Below are positions 1 through 13,050 of a DNA stretch of 64,000 bases, one piece after another. Position 1 is the first letter of the stretch; each line of letters opens with the position of its first letter. The DNA comes from Octopus vulgaris (lineage: Eukaryota), in assembly GCA_951406725.2 (NCBI GenBank), contig OX597827.1, positions 51,708,001 to 51,772,000 on the forward strand, read 5' to 3'. The notes under the pieces were generated by a model. The model was not told where the DNA came from. It ran no database searches and worked only from the letters and a program-made list of their open reading frames with translations. A program made the translations under genes and the position numbers.

Positions 1-642
1 ATACAAATTAATCCATTGATTATATCCATCAACATTTTGTCATCACAGTATCACTATTCTCTTTTCATTACCACTAACATATGGACTACCATTTCACTTT
101 TTCCCATGATCACTACTATCGTCATCATCCAACATCATTATCATTACAAATAGAATTTCCATCACCACCACTACTCCAGCCAGTCAATTATTGGAGTATT
201 CAAATATTAGTATAACCATATTAGGTAACATTAAAGACTCTATATGGTAACTCAGTGAAATGTTGACCTTAAAAGTTATTAGTTTAGTTGCATTTTTATT
301 TCATCTGTGAACCTTAAATTTATTCTCCTCACGCTCCCACTTTGGGGTTGTTTAGGGATTTATAGTTTTTTTGTTGTTATATCTCCACCTGTATTGCTAT
401 TGAAATACTCAAGCTTTATGTTCCTATTAGCCTATATATTCTGTGTACCAATTTATATTTTCCCGCTTTTTCTGGATTTATATTTTCATATACTTGCTTG
501 TATTTATTCCTTGGTTTTCATTCTATATTTTTGCCAATGTTCCAGCCCTGTATTCTATTCTATATATGTCATACTTATATTTTTTTCTTTTCACTATGTC
601 AGTTTATAGCTTTATCTTCATATTTGTTTTCTATCATTACAG

Positions 643-723
643 GTATATGTAATTAATGTTACATGGAATGATGGATCTACAAACATTATATATCGCCGTT
701 ACAGTGCCTTTGATCGCCTGCAG
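643..723 (+). CDS. SH3PXD2A: SH3PXD2/Tks-like gene, PX-domain exon (equivalent to vertebrate exon 2)
   Basis: ttacag|GTA...CTGCAG|gtaaat; 81 nt, phase 0/0. Translates VYVINVTWNDGSTNIIYRRYSAFDRLQ, matching the Tks5 PX segment with the RRYS motif. The symbol is family-level; A versus B cannot be resolved in an invertebrate. Confidence 0.93.
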
Positions 724-1199
724 GTAAATAAATTATTATTGCTCACTTAACCCATTTCACTTTCTTTTATTGTATTTGTCTGGAAGAAAATGTTTCCATG
801 ATATTCACTGACCCTCCAAGACTGGTTATCTTGACATGGTTAATGCCACTCTTAAATGGTTTCAAGTTAACAGCTGTCGAAAAAAAAATGAAAAAAAACA
901 TACCCAGTATGTAAATTCCAGAAAGCTGATGTGACAGGGAAGAAAAATTGGTAGTAGCAGTTAGTGTGTGGTAAAAGAATGAGAAAGGGAGAAGTGAGTG
1001 AATTAGAAGTGCCTGAGTGGAGGTTATTCTTTGCTTTAAATTCTTGTGTGGTCAACCTTCATTATCTTTTGTTGCCCCTTGTTCTTTCACACTTATGTTT
1101 TCTTCTTGTTGACCTTATTTTATTTTTATGAGTTGCTTCTTGTCATTGCTATTCTGTATGTTATTTATTATACTTTAAACTTTTTATGTTCTTTCATTG

Positions 1200-2690
1200 G
1201 TATATCTAATCACTCATTTATATTTCTGATTATGTCTCGTTTCAAAATTTGTGTTGACATTTTGTAACCAAATGGCTACTTTTTCTTTTCTAATCTTGCA
1301 TCTGATAGTACTGCAACTTTGTTCTCTCAGTTACCAGTAAGTTGCACTTTCAGCTTTTGGACTTAACACATTTTCCTAGTTTGGAACTGTTTCTGTATCT
1401 CTCCATAGCAGACTTTCTGAACTCTTGTATTACAGCCTCAAGAACAGTAATTAGCTGCTGCTGCTGCTGCTGTTGTTGTTGTTGTTGTTCTTCTTCTTCT
1501 TCTTCTTCTTCTTCTTCTTCTTCTTCTTCTTCTTCTTCTTCTTCTTCTTCTTCTTCTTCTTCTTCTTCTTCTTCTTCTTCTTCTTCTTCTTCTTCTTCTT
1601 CCTCCCCTCCTCCTCTTCTATAAAGAGCTTCTTTTACATCTTCGGATGGAATTTCAAAGTTCAATTCCTTTGCAATGTTTATGGTCGTGTCAGTTTCTTT
1701 TTGAAGATTATCAAATCCTTCAAAATTGTCAATTAATTTGGACCACAGATTTTTCTAAATTCCATTCATGTTCTTTATGGTGATTTTATCCCATGCTTTC
1801 TTTATCAATTTTATTGTATCAAGGACGTTGAAACTCTTCCAAAATTCTTGTATCATAGGACCATTTTCTCTATCAGTCACTTTGATGAATCTTTCAAAGG
1901 TGAAACAGAGATAATAAGATTTAAACGATGAAATGGCTCCTTGATCCATAGGCTGCAATAAGGATGTTGTATTGGGTGGTAAAAAAAAAACAACATTAAT
2001 ATTTTAATGGTGATGCTTTAAAAATGCAATACGACTGGGAGCACTATCCATTATCAAAAGAATCTTGAAAATAATTTTTTATCGTTACAATATTTTTCTA
2101 GTTTGGGAACAAAATGATTAGAAAACCAATCTTCAAATAGGTGTTATGCTTCCAGATTACAGGAAGTTTTGTCTTACCAATTCCTTTAAAAGCATGGGGT
2201 TTTCATATCAATAAATAAGCATGGGCTTGAGTTTGCAGTCCCCTTTACAGTTTCCTCCCAGAAGCAATATTCTCCTATCTATTGCAGCTTTGAAACCTGG
2301 CATTGACGATTCTCCTCTCACAATAAACATCCTTGAAGGCATTCATTTCCAAAATAGGCCTGCTTCATCCACATTAAATATTTGAGACAGTATAAAGCAT
2401 CCTTCTTCAATCAAATCTTCTAATTGGCAGGGAAAAGTTTCTGTAGGTTTTTGATCTGTGCTAGACGATGACTTGTTCACTTTTTGAAATGATTGAACCA
2501 ACTATTGCTCACTACAAATGTTTCATTTGAGTTATCTGATTTATCTTTAAGCAAATTAAAAAGGGAAATTGCTTTACTACATGTTATAGCCTGACTAAGT
2601 GGCATATGAAGTCTATGAATTTGATCATTAATCCAAGCTGTCAAAAGTTTTTCTGTGCGTGAAATGAAGTTTTCATCATCTTTTCTTTAT
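1200..2690 (-). mobile_element. Decayed Tigger/pogo DDE transposase relic
   Basis: Minus-strand PPNTTSLLQPMDQGAISSFKSYY and FWKSFNVLDTI motifs of the Tigger DDE_1 domain, with frameshifts. Boundaries approximate. Confidence 0.8.
1455..1600. repeat. Compound (CTG)n(TTG)n(TTC)n microsatellite within the Tigger relic
   Basis: Direct read; it is the source of the poly-E/Q/S/F ORFs. Confidence 0.97.
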
Positions 2691-2699
2691 AATCAAATT

Positions 2700-3226
2700 G
2701 AATTTAGACCAGATCTGTGAATGATGCAAAGTCCCCTATCAATCCATAGTAACATGGTGGTGGAACAATGTTGTTGACAGGGCTATTAGGGATGTCTTGC
2801 AAACAACTTGCACATGCAAGTGCTACCAGTCAAAAACTCCGCATACAGGAAGCCAGAAAGTGTATATGGGGTCATCAGGAGAGAATGCGCGCCGTTTCGG
2901 GGCCTACCTCTCAACGGCATCAATGATATGAGGCCCCGCTTGCTAGATCAACTGGTTATCAAATAAAGCTCAATATTCTTCTAGCCATCGCTCATTGTCT
3001 CTTTTTTACCAAATCCAGTGGCTAGCCTTCTCCACTTTAGTTTGGATATCGGTCATGGTGGTATTGACTTTACAATGAGTTAGGCCTAACGATAACAACA
3101 GTCGTCTCACACTGTATCCAACAAACCCTCAACATCCGACTTCGATTGGAAAATGCTCTGCTTTCCAGCCTGCATCTTCACATTCCTTGAGGAGGTTTAC
3201 AAAACGGTCAATCTTTCAAGCCCGAA
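2700..3226 (-). mobile_element. 3' end of a restriction-like-endonuclease non-LTR retrotransposon (HERO/NeSL-like)
   Basis: Minus frame LLKECEDAGWKAEHFPIEVGC*GFVGYSVRRLLLSLG...EKASHWIW*KR, the C-terminal signature of these elements, followed by a 3' UTR. Confidence 0.7.
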
Positions 3227-3227
3227 G

Positions 3228-4700
3228 CTAGGAGACAGGTTTATTTAGCCAGAGGGAAAGCATATAAGAAAAAAATTTGCTAATGCTCTGCGCTGTGAGG
3301 AACAAAGACTTTAGGTATTTTGTGTTGCAAGACAGTGTGTGAGAGAGAATCATGATGTTGTAGGAAAGAAATGTGTCCTCACAGATAAATAGGAAGGTAG
3401 ACAAACCACAAATTCCTTCAGGTAGAGGTCCCTGCTTGATCTGTAGAAACGGCGTAGGTGGAAACTCCATAAGATGTACCCAGTGTAAGCTATGGACACA
3501 TAAGAGGTGCAGCAATATCAAAGGGAGGCTTACTGGGAAAATAGTTTTAGTATGTGGCAAATGCTCAGGTGCTATAAACACTGAAAATGTGCAGAGAACA
3601 GTTTCTGTCACATTCCAGGGAGAAAAACTAGAAGTAGTTGATAGCTTCCATTACCTAGGGGACCAGGTCAGTAGCAGGGGTAGATGCTCTGAAAGTGTAG
3701 CCACTAGAATAAGAATAGCCTGGGCAAAGTTCAGAGAGTTCCTACCTCTGCTGGTGACAAAGGGCCTCTCACTCAGAGTAAAAGATAAACTGTATGATGC
3801 ATGTGTACGAACAGCCATGCTACATGGCAGTGAAATATGGGCTGTGACTGCTGAGGACATGTGTAAGCTTGCAAGGAATGAAGCCAGTATGCTCTGCTGG
3901 ATGTCTAATGTCAGTGTGCATACACAACAGTATAAGTGCCCTGAGAGAAAAGTTGGATTTAAGAAGCATCAGATGTGGTGTGCAAGAGAGACGACTGCAC
4001 TGGTATGGTCATGTGTTGCGAATGAATGAGGACAGCTGTGTGAAAAAGTGTCACACCCTAGCAGTTGAGGGAACTTGTAGAAGAGGTAGACCCAGGAAAA
4101 CTTGGGATGAGGTGGTGAAGCATGACCGTCGAACTTTGGGCCTTACCAAGGCAATGACTAGTAACCAAGACCTTTGGAGATATGCTGTGCTTGAGAAGAC
4201 CCAAGAAGCCAAGTGAGACCATGGCCTATGGCCTATGCCAGTGGATGTAACCGGCCCACTTATGAGTACCCCTCATTCATTGGACAATGAACTTTCCTTG
4301 CAAAGACCTATTGAGGCAAGTGAAAACAAATCAAAATCACTGACGTGGCTGATGACAGTACCGTTTGATTGGCACTCGTACCAGTGGAACATTAAAAGCA
4401 CATCGAAGCATGATTGTTGCCAGAGGCATGGATTGGCTCCCATTCAGGTAGCATGTAAAAAATAACTGTTGAGCATGATCATTGCCAGAACCGCCTGACT
4501 GGCCCTTGTGCTGGTGTCACGTAAAAGCACCCACTACACTCCCAGAGTGGTTAGCATTAGAAAGGGCATCCAGCTGTGGAAACTTTGCCAGATCAGATTG
4601 AGCCTGGTGCAGCCTCTGGCTCACCAGTCCTCAGTCAAACCGTCCAACCCATACCAGCATGGAAAGCAGATGTTAAACGATGATGATGATGATGATGATG
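3228..4700 (+). mobile_element. 5'-truncated RTE-clade LINE with 3' UTR and (GAT)n tail
   Basis: EVVDSFHYLG, RIRIAWAKF, RRLHWYGHVLRM and RGRPRKTW motifs, plus a Cys-rich insert (CLIC...CTQC...HKRC...CGKC). Frameshift near 3930; tail gatgatgat at 4679-4700. Confidence 0.9.
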
Positions 4701-7269
4701 ATATATATATGCATATATAGGACGTCACAAACTGTAAATAAAATGAAATCCGAAAACAAATGAGTTGATTATACAAATGAGAGAAACAAATGGAAAACAG
4801 GACAAGTAACATGAAGAACGGCCCTTCATCAGTTGTCAGCTGTCCATCTACTCCTCATTACGAGCATTAAACAACAGTATGAGTCCTCGAAGGCAGCTGC
4901 TCCCACAAAAGCCAAAATAAAATTTGGGATTTATGGAGGGACAAAGTTGGTAACAAAAACAGGACAGTGGAGACATACAAGGAAACCAAACAAAAACAAA
5001 AATGGAGGGTTAGACCAAACGAAGATAAAATAGTGAACACTGGAGAAATATTTTCTTTGACAAGAGAAAAGATAGAAGAAGGAGATAGATAGGATGTGTG
5101 CAGTTTTTACAACAGCCCTGAAGGAAAAAGATGATCATGTGAGGAATAGAAAAATGGATGATGGTCACATGTGAGCTATGAGAGAGAGTAAAGGAGAAAG
5201 AAGGAGAGAGACAGACAGATAGAAAACAGTGAAGGGGAGCAAAAAGGAATTAGAGAAAGGATGAGAGAGAAAACAATAGGGGAAGAGAACAGTATAGGGT
5301 AGAGATGCATCAAAAATATTAAGATATAAATGTATGTGTATATATATATATATTTAATGTGTGTATTTATATATATATGTATGCGTGTATGTATATATAT
5401 GTATGTGGTTATCGGTACATATATATGTGTGTGTGTATATACATGTGTTTATATTTATGTAGTGCAAATCAATATTGAATTACATCCCAGTATTTAGAAC
5501 ACTATATTTTGGTATATTCAAAATGGAAACTGTGAGAACTCATTATAGACCAAATTCTGTTTTGTTGGATTGTATTGTTAAATAGGTCACAGGAAAATTC
5601 AACAGAAGAGGAGAGTTTGTTCATAAAATATTTAGTTAACTAAATATTTAATAATCTAGTTTGTCTGTAATTTTTCTCATGAACACACATCTGCAGAAAG
5701 AAATATAAAGTAAAAAAAAATTAAAGTAAAAATTTGAAATAACAAATAAGTGGAGGAAAGAAGGGAAGACAAGAAAATTGCTCATTTATGCGTCCTGCTG
5801 TGACTGAGGAAGTCTATTCTGGTAAAGAAGAACAGATACTTCAAGGCATCCACCCTGACTCTCTAATAGTTCTACCAATCTCCCACTCCAGATTTATAAA
5901 TCTTGTGAGAATGAAAGGCAAACTTGACCTCAACAGGATTTGAATTCAGAGCCCAGACAAATCACAGCAAATACCACAAAGTGTTGTATCCAATGCTCTG
6001 TCAATTCTAATATTCATTTATAATAGAGTTCCTATTGTATGATTTGTGAACCACCCTTATGGCTTCTGCATAAAAATTTATAAGCCTTTGAATCCCTGGT
6101 GCTAGCTTACACCCATACAGACTAGCCTTGAACTAGATCTTTCCATGAGTTTAGGTTGATCTTGTCTTTCAAGATTTCTTTCAGTGCATCTTTGAATTTT
6201 TTGTGGTCCACCAATACAACATGCTTGGTTTTCAAGTGCTGAATAGATTACATTTGGCAGTCTACAGTCATTGCAGTTGGATTTGCTTACATTTAACAAA
6301 CTGGAACATTGGCACACCTGAGAACCTATGTTTTGGTAGTTTTATATGGTTAATCTATGCACAGAATGTTCCTTAGGTAAGACATGGAAATTATATAGCT
6401 TTTTAGTAAGGGACTAGTACACTATCCAAGTTTCTGCACTATAAGAGAGATTTGGGAAATGAATGATATTGTATATTTCAGTTTTTCTATATATGCAAAT
6501 AGCTGGGCTCTCCCACAGTCTATGCTACAGTTTTCTAAAAGCTACACTTGGTTTGCCACAGTATAATGGCACTTTTGCATTAATGCAGGCATTTGAGAAT
6601 AGTCTACTCACACAATTTTTCAAAGATGCCTGCATTTTTTTTAAAGCTATCTCACTTTTGTTCCTTGAGGTACGCTATGCATATCCTGGAAAAGGCTGAT
6701 GCAATACTGTTTTTTCATTATAAATAGCTGTGTCAAAGTTGTTGCAGGTCTTTGAAAATTGATCAATATATTCTTGTATGTTGGGATCCTCTGGTGCAAG
6801 CAATCCACAATCATATGCAAATAACAGATTGCAGTAACAAAGAAATCCAAAACCATCTTCAAGAGAAAGATAAGTTAATCAAGTAATCAAAATTTAGAAT
6901 CAAAATCTGATGATCTATGTTCATAAAAAAAAGAAGGAAAACAAAGAGTTGTGAAAAATAACTGGCTCTAAGCCAATTATTTTTGATGACCATTAGGTTT
7001 ACAGGAGTCATGGGTGAAGGCTTTGTGTAATCTTTGGCCTAGTTTGCATGTATGTTTCACCATGTGAAAAATGAGCTGAACACATTCAAAATATTTGGGG
7101 CAAACTAACCAAATTATTGACAATCTGGTGCAGATTTTCATCAACATAACTCTTGATAACTTATGTACCTTTCTTGAAACTAGTACCACTACAAGTCCTT
7201 TAATAAAGCACCAAGGGCAGGTTCAGTTCCTACTGAAATATATGCCTGCATGTGGTTATCTGTACGTAC

Positions 7270-7355
7270 GTACATACATACATGCATACATACATACATA
7301 CATACATACATACATACATACATACATACATACATACATACATACATACATACAC
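7270..7355. repeat. (TACA)n microsatellite
   Basis: Direct read. Confidence 0.95.
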
Positions 7356-7424
7356 ACGTACGTATGTGCATACATAAATACATATGGCCACTTCCCCTGG
7401 TGAAGAGGACTGGTCTGCAAGAGT

Positions 7425-7606
7425 TGTGTGCTGGTGCCACGTTAAAAGCACCCAGCACACACTGCAAAGTGGTTGGTGTTAGGAAAGGCATCCAGCAATA
7501 GAAACCAGGCCAAATCAGACTGGAACCTGGTGCAGTGCTCCAGTTTGGCAGCTCTGGTCAAACCATCCAAACCATGCTGGAATGGAAAATGGATGTTAAA
7601 TAATGA

Positions 7607-7607
<1 letters not shown>
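7425..7607 (+). mobile_element. RTE 3'-end copy
   Basis: aaaagcaccc...ggcatccagc...gatgttaaataatgat matches 4520-4700. Confidence 0.75.
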
Positions 7608-7641
<34 letters not shown>

Positions 7642-8450
7642 TACATTTACACACATGCATGTGTGCATATGCATGTATGTACACACACACACACATACAT
7701 ACATTTACACCCATGCATGTACGTACACACACACACATGCACACACACACAAACAAACTAACAAGTGCAGATGAACTCAGAGGAGTCCGTGGTCATTCTG
7801 TAATGTATACACATGCACATTAAATGTTTGGTGGCATGTTTTCATTTCATTCAAATGAGGCATTGAAGAAATAAGTAACTTAACATCTCTACAGCCTCAA
7901 AGTTGGTGGCAGCAGGCCAATGCAGGCAACGGATATAATACACAGTATTAATGCATTCCTGAAAATCTTGCTGTAGGACAAAATTAATTTGTCCAATGAT
8001 TCTAACGTCATAAAATAAGATGTGTTCTGATGGAGATTTTGAAAAATAACAAACCAAAAAGCAAAAAAAAAAAAGAAGAAGCAACAGCACCACTTTTGCG
8101 CATGAAAATAACAACTTCTAAACATACATAGTACAATATATTTGCATAAAAGTATTTGAAGAGGAATATATTTGGGTATAAATATGAATTGTAATTTTAT
8201 AATAGGCTATGTTCTTTGCACAAAAGATCTTCACTATCTCGTCCGGCAGCTTATTCCACGGATCTGCAACCCAGACAGAGAAAGCCCCTCTCCTTATAAT
8301 AGGCTATGTTCTTTGCACAAAAGATGTTGACTACTCTATGAGAAGTGGCTGTGGAATGAAAGTTACTGGAAGGATGAGTGACATTATCTTTTATCTTATA
8401 GTTAATCATCAACATCTACTCAAAATCTTTGATGTTAATGATGTATTAAC

Positions 8451-8770
8451 ATGGCTCAGTGGTTAGAGCGTCGAACTAACGACCGTGAGGTTGTGAGTTT
8501 GATTCCCTGACCGGGCTGTGTCTTGAGCAAGACACCTTATTTCACATTGCTCCAGTTAACTCAGCTGTAGAAATGAGTTGCGACATCACTGGTGCCAAGC
8601 TGTATTGGCCTTTGCCTTTCCCTTGGATAACATCAGTGGTGTGGAGAAGGGAGGCTGGTATGCATGGGCGACTGCTGGCCTTCCACAAACAACCTTGCCT
8701 GGACTTGTGCCTTGGAGGGTAACTTTCTAGGTACAATCTCATGGTCATTCATGACCAAAGGGGGTCTCCT
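8451..8770 (+). mobile_element. tRNA-derived SINE
   Basis: A-box tggctcagtggttagag, B-box-like gtttgattcc, and core gtgtcttgagcaagacac shared with the 9725 copy. Confidence 0.75.
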
Positions 8771-8849
8771 AATGATGCATTATCTCTTTTACACGGCTCA
8801 GTGTAGGAACAGATCTCATTGTAAACTCCTCTTCTAATCTTTATGTTAC

Positions 8850-10580
8850 TTTCACAATTAGTGGTATTATCAGCAAAAGCATGCAGACATTTCTTTATAA
8901 GTACCAACTCTTAAGTGCTTTTGTTCTAACAGCATCCGCTCCTCGTTAGACTTTATAAGCACACTAGAAACTCAACTAAATCATCCTCTATGACTTCTTC
9001 AAATCCTACACCATATGGAAGTGTTACAATATCTTTCTGAATTTGGTATAGAGTTTCTGATGGTGAAAATCTTGTAAAGTCATGCACAGTCAGGCCATAT
9101 TTTACCAAGTATCATTCAAAGTTGAAGACTTCATTTCATTCCATGACTCAGCTATTCACAACATCCATTATGTTGAATTTCCACAAGTTTTAATTGCAGG
9201 TTCATTTTCCCTCTCTAATGTTTTCATAAGTTGTTTGAAAGTTCTGAGATACTCTACTTTGAAGTTAGTTATCAAATCATTGGCTGAAGCAAAGAAGTTG
9301 TATTCTTGGTAATATATTCAACTCTCACATAATCAGAATTCACTGCCTGGTTTGGTGCATTGTCTAAAACGAGCAATGCTTTGTTGGAAATTTTATGCCT
9401 GGCACTGTACCTTTCTATAGCAGGATAAAAAATGTTTGTATACCACTCTTCACAAAAGCTCTTAGTCAACCATGCCTTCTTATTTGATACCAAATTAGAG
9501 GTAGATTAAACTTGGCATAACCATTGCAAGCTTTCAGATTTTCACATGTAGGGGCTTTAATTTCATATCACCAACATCATTTCCTCCCCTAAAGAAACAC
9601 CAGACAATTTCTGGAAGTTTTAAGTCCTGGTGTTAATTTTTCTTCTCAAGATATAAAAAGTCAAGCAGGCAGGCATGCACTTTTAGTAAAGTACAGTTTC
9701 ATCAACATTATATACTTGTTGCTAAGTGAAGGCGCATGGCTTAGTGGTTAGGGCATTCGGCTGACGATTGTAAGGTCGTGAGTTCAATTCCTGGCGATGC
9801 ATTGTGTCCTTGAGCAAGACACTTTATTTCACGTTGCTCCAGTCCACTCAGCTGGCAAAAATGAGTTGTACCTGTATTTCAACAGGCCGGCCTTGTCACA
9901 TTCTGTGTCACGCTGAATCTCCCTGAGAACTATGTTAAGGGTACTCGTGTCTGTGGATTGCTCAGTCACTTGCACGTTAATTCCACGAGCAAGCTGTTCC
10001 GTTGATCGTATCAGCTGGGACCCTCGTCGTCGTAACTGACGGAGTGCTCCTATATACTTGTTGCTATCTTCAGCAACCATTTTCTTCAGCTGCTCAATAT
10101 AATTAGTAGTAGCCTGTTTGTGTCGATACTAGCAGTTTCACCAGTTGTTTTTGAACTTTTCAGACCAACCTTTATTAGCCAGAAAGAGTGTTTCATTAAA
10201 AGTTTCACCTTCCTATTTTCTGCAAAGTGTCATACAAACCTTAGGCTTTTGTTTTTGAATTACTATTGTGCTTATCACTACATTATGCTAAGTCTAATCC
10301 TCAAACTGTATGCTCAAGTGCTGTTCCACTTCAAACACAACAATTGATCTATGAAAAAATACAGTCTGAGCAGTTCTTGAGCACTTGACATAGTTTCTCA
10401 TTATTGTATTGTTTCTGTGTAGACATTGCAAGCTTTAATGTTTCAGTTAAGTGGCTGACTTTTTCTCTTGCATCCAGCCTTTTTAAAACATCAAGTTTAA
10501 TATCAAGTGTAATCATTTCTCAGTTTGGTTTTGCACTGCTACCTTCAGTCCTACTTGATAGTTTCTATCCCGGAACCTTA
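8850..10580 (-). mobile_element. Second decayed Tigger/pogo element, interrupted by a SINE
   Basis: Minus-strand MITLDIKLDVLKRLD (CENP-B-type HTH start), SNKKAWLT, LLVLDNAP and NTTSLLQPM. Confidence 0.8.
9725..10050 (+). mobile_element. tRNA-derived SINE with 16-bp TSD nested in Tigger
   Basis: A-box tggcttagtgg, B-box gttcaattcc. TSD tatatacttgttgcta at 9709-9724 and 10051-10066. Confidence 0.88.
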
Positions 10581-11099
10581 AATTGTTGACAAATCCAGCA
10601 ATGGCTTCAATCAACTATTATTCACAACAGATATTTAGTAACAAAATGGTACTGGCAAAGAACTATATATTTTTTAAACCAAAAAAATTGTCTTTCTTTG
10701 GATGTAAGAATAATGATGAGAAGATGAAACGGTGAAGAAATGTGGAATGATTACAGTTACTAGGAGGTATACTAGGTTCATGGGCACTTTGTCCCTTTGC
10801 ACCATTGACATAAGCCATAAAAACCTCACACTCATTCATGCACCTGCACATATGTATAGACACACACACAGTCGAGCTAAAGCATACATCGTTACAGGTA
10901 TTGGATCATGTTGATGCTATTACTGCTGTTGTTAGTTGGTTATTTGAAAGTTGGTGGTCTTGGTTGTATTGGTTTTGGTATTTGTGATGGTGACATGTAT
11001 TGTGAGTGGTGGCACAGGTACCCCTCTCTTTCACACTGTTCCCCATCATTCCTGTTCTCTTTCCCCTCTTTGCAAGAGTGTATAGGGGAAAAAGTAAGG

Positions 11100-13050
11100 T
11101 AAGTAGGAGAGAGAAAGTAAGTAGCTCACTTACTGCTACCAAGTTGTCATGTTTTTCATCGCAGTGGAAGTCACGTCGTACATGAAAAATTGAACATTTG
11201 AAGCACGACCACACGTAAAGCATTTGTTTTTTGGGAGCTTAGTGAAGTCTGTTGTCCGTATGGTTATTATTTTTTCAAACAAGGGTCTCCACTGGGTTCC
11301 AGACATTTGTTTGCCAGTGGTCGTACTAAAAGACTCACATTTTAGTGAGAATTGTGTGTGTTTTCAGGAGGCGTGTCACTCCGAAAATGTTTTGGAAATT
11401 TCTATGACTGTGTTTGTGCCCTTTCAAGTGAATTTTTACCATAAAGGATAGGAGTACAGCCAGAGTTGGCCGGAATACTATTTGTGCTACAAAGGACTAC
11501 CAGTTTGGATTACCAGAGTAGCAGAATTGTGTTGTGTTGTGTTGCCATTTTGGATTATCTTCCTTCGCTCTTTCTGCTCCTGTCTGTCTTTCTGATCTTT
11601 TTTGAGTTTCTTTATAGACTTTCATTTGAACATTTTGATTTTTGTTTGTAGATTTTTCCTTTTGTTTTGGCTATCAACATGGCAACTGTGAAATCTGCTT
11701 TGGAGCAGCAAATTCTGGCCCCCAAAGAATGGTTGAAAAATCATACAGAGAGAACGGTGGTGTTAAGGACCTATTCCAGGGTCCTTGACATCATCAAGGT
11801 CTTCTTTGAGGAAGAAATCAAGGAGGAGTTGGCAGACTATCTGCCAACTGTTAGGTTTATCTGCAGGAGTGCGAAGTATGGAACTGTGCGTGTACTTTTT
11901 GACACCCCTGTGGAAGCTCATGATTTTGTGAGCATGCCTTTGGAGGGGGAGAAGATTTTGTTTCTCCCTACTTATGGCAGTAAAAAGGTGACAAGAGCCT
12001 GGTGTGTGGGCTGCCACCCAGTATAGAGGCCGAGTGGATAGAAGACACTATCTGTCGGAGCCTGGGTGGCAGCCCTGCCAGGCTCTTAAATGTAAAAATG
12101 TTGCCTGCGGTTGATTGGGTCGGGTCAAAAGCAATTCTTACCCTATGGACCCAATCAGCCGATGATCTAGTTTTACCAGATTTTTTAACAATGGCCGGTT
12201 CCAGGTACCCAGTGATGGTTGAGGGATGTCCCCACAAGTGTCGCCTGTGCCTGGAATCGGGCCATATAAAGAAGAATTGTCGCCAGGACCAGGCAAGGGT
12301 CCTGGAACAGTTAATTGAAAAGGTGTCCCCTGCTTCCCTAGTGGAGGAATAAGTCGAGGAGGTAATTGCCTCGAAAACAAAGGGGAAGAAAAGAAAGAAG
12401 GTGGGCAATCATTGTTGCCCACCAATGGATCCTGAGATGGTGGGGCGGAGGAACTAGAGTCCTCTGGAGATGTCGGAGGAACTTCACCCTCCCGTCGTAA
12501 AAGGAAAAAAGAAGAGAAAAAAGAACAGGGCATTGCTGGCGATGGCATGCCCCGAAACCCCTTCGGTGGGATGTGTGCCACCGGAGGTGGGGAAGAAGAT
12601 AACCTCCTCAGTAGGATGTGTGCCACTGAGCGAGGGAGTTGAGGCCCCTCCCAGTGAAAGTGGTGAAGAATATATGTTCTATCTCAAGGGAGGGGCTATT
12701 GACAGTTTTGTGGAAAATAATATGGATAGTCAGATCCTGAGGGAACCAACTTGTATTGACAGCCCAGAGTGGCCTTCGCCACTGGTGCTGGAAAGAAAGT
12801 ACTGTGATCATATAATTGACTTGTGTAAAAACGAGAATTATAGAATTCTTTTTTGGAGCCCCAGATTGTGGTTGCAGGAATGCCTACAAGTTGCAAGAAA
12901 ATTACTTGGGGAAGGATTGTAGAGCTTTATTGCCTCCAATTTGTCTATAAATTGTGTTTTATAATTGTATGGACTTTTTAGTCCAAATACATTGCATTCT
13001 AAATTGTAAGAGGGTTAATACCTCTGTATATGATGTTTTTAAAGAACAAT
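11100..13050 (+). mobile_element. ORF1-only non-LTR element (L1/Tx1-type ORF1 with CCHC zinc knuckle), decayed
   Basis: Broken ORF about 11679-12922 containing CRLCLESGHIKKNC (CX2CX4HX4C), then basic and low-complexity segments. No endonuclease or RT follows. Ends approximate. Confidence 0.65.

Noticed and set aside
1342-1736. Poly-E/Q, poly-S and poly-F ORFs
   Set aside because: Translations of a trinucleotide microsatellite inside a dead Tigger element.
6050-7250. Coding-like decayed sequence on the minus strand
   Set aside because: Many stops and no motif I could assign; probably an old DNA transposon, left uncalled.
7095-7823. HTYI/CMYV/HT-repeat ORFs (also near 20.7, 36.0, 39.3, 44.1, 48.3 and 48.9 kb)
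   Set aside because: Di- and tetranucleotide microsatellites lack stops in several frames; no other coding signal.
8451-8530. tRNA-like sequence (also about 9730, 13630, 14040)
   Set aside because: SINE heads with A/B boxes but no complete cloverleaf, continuing into repeat bodies.
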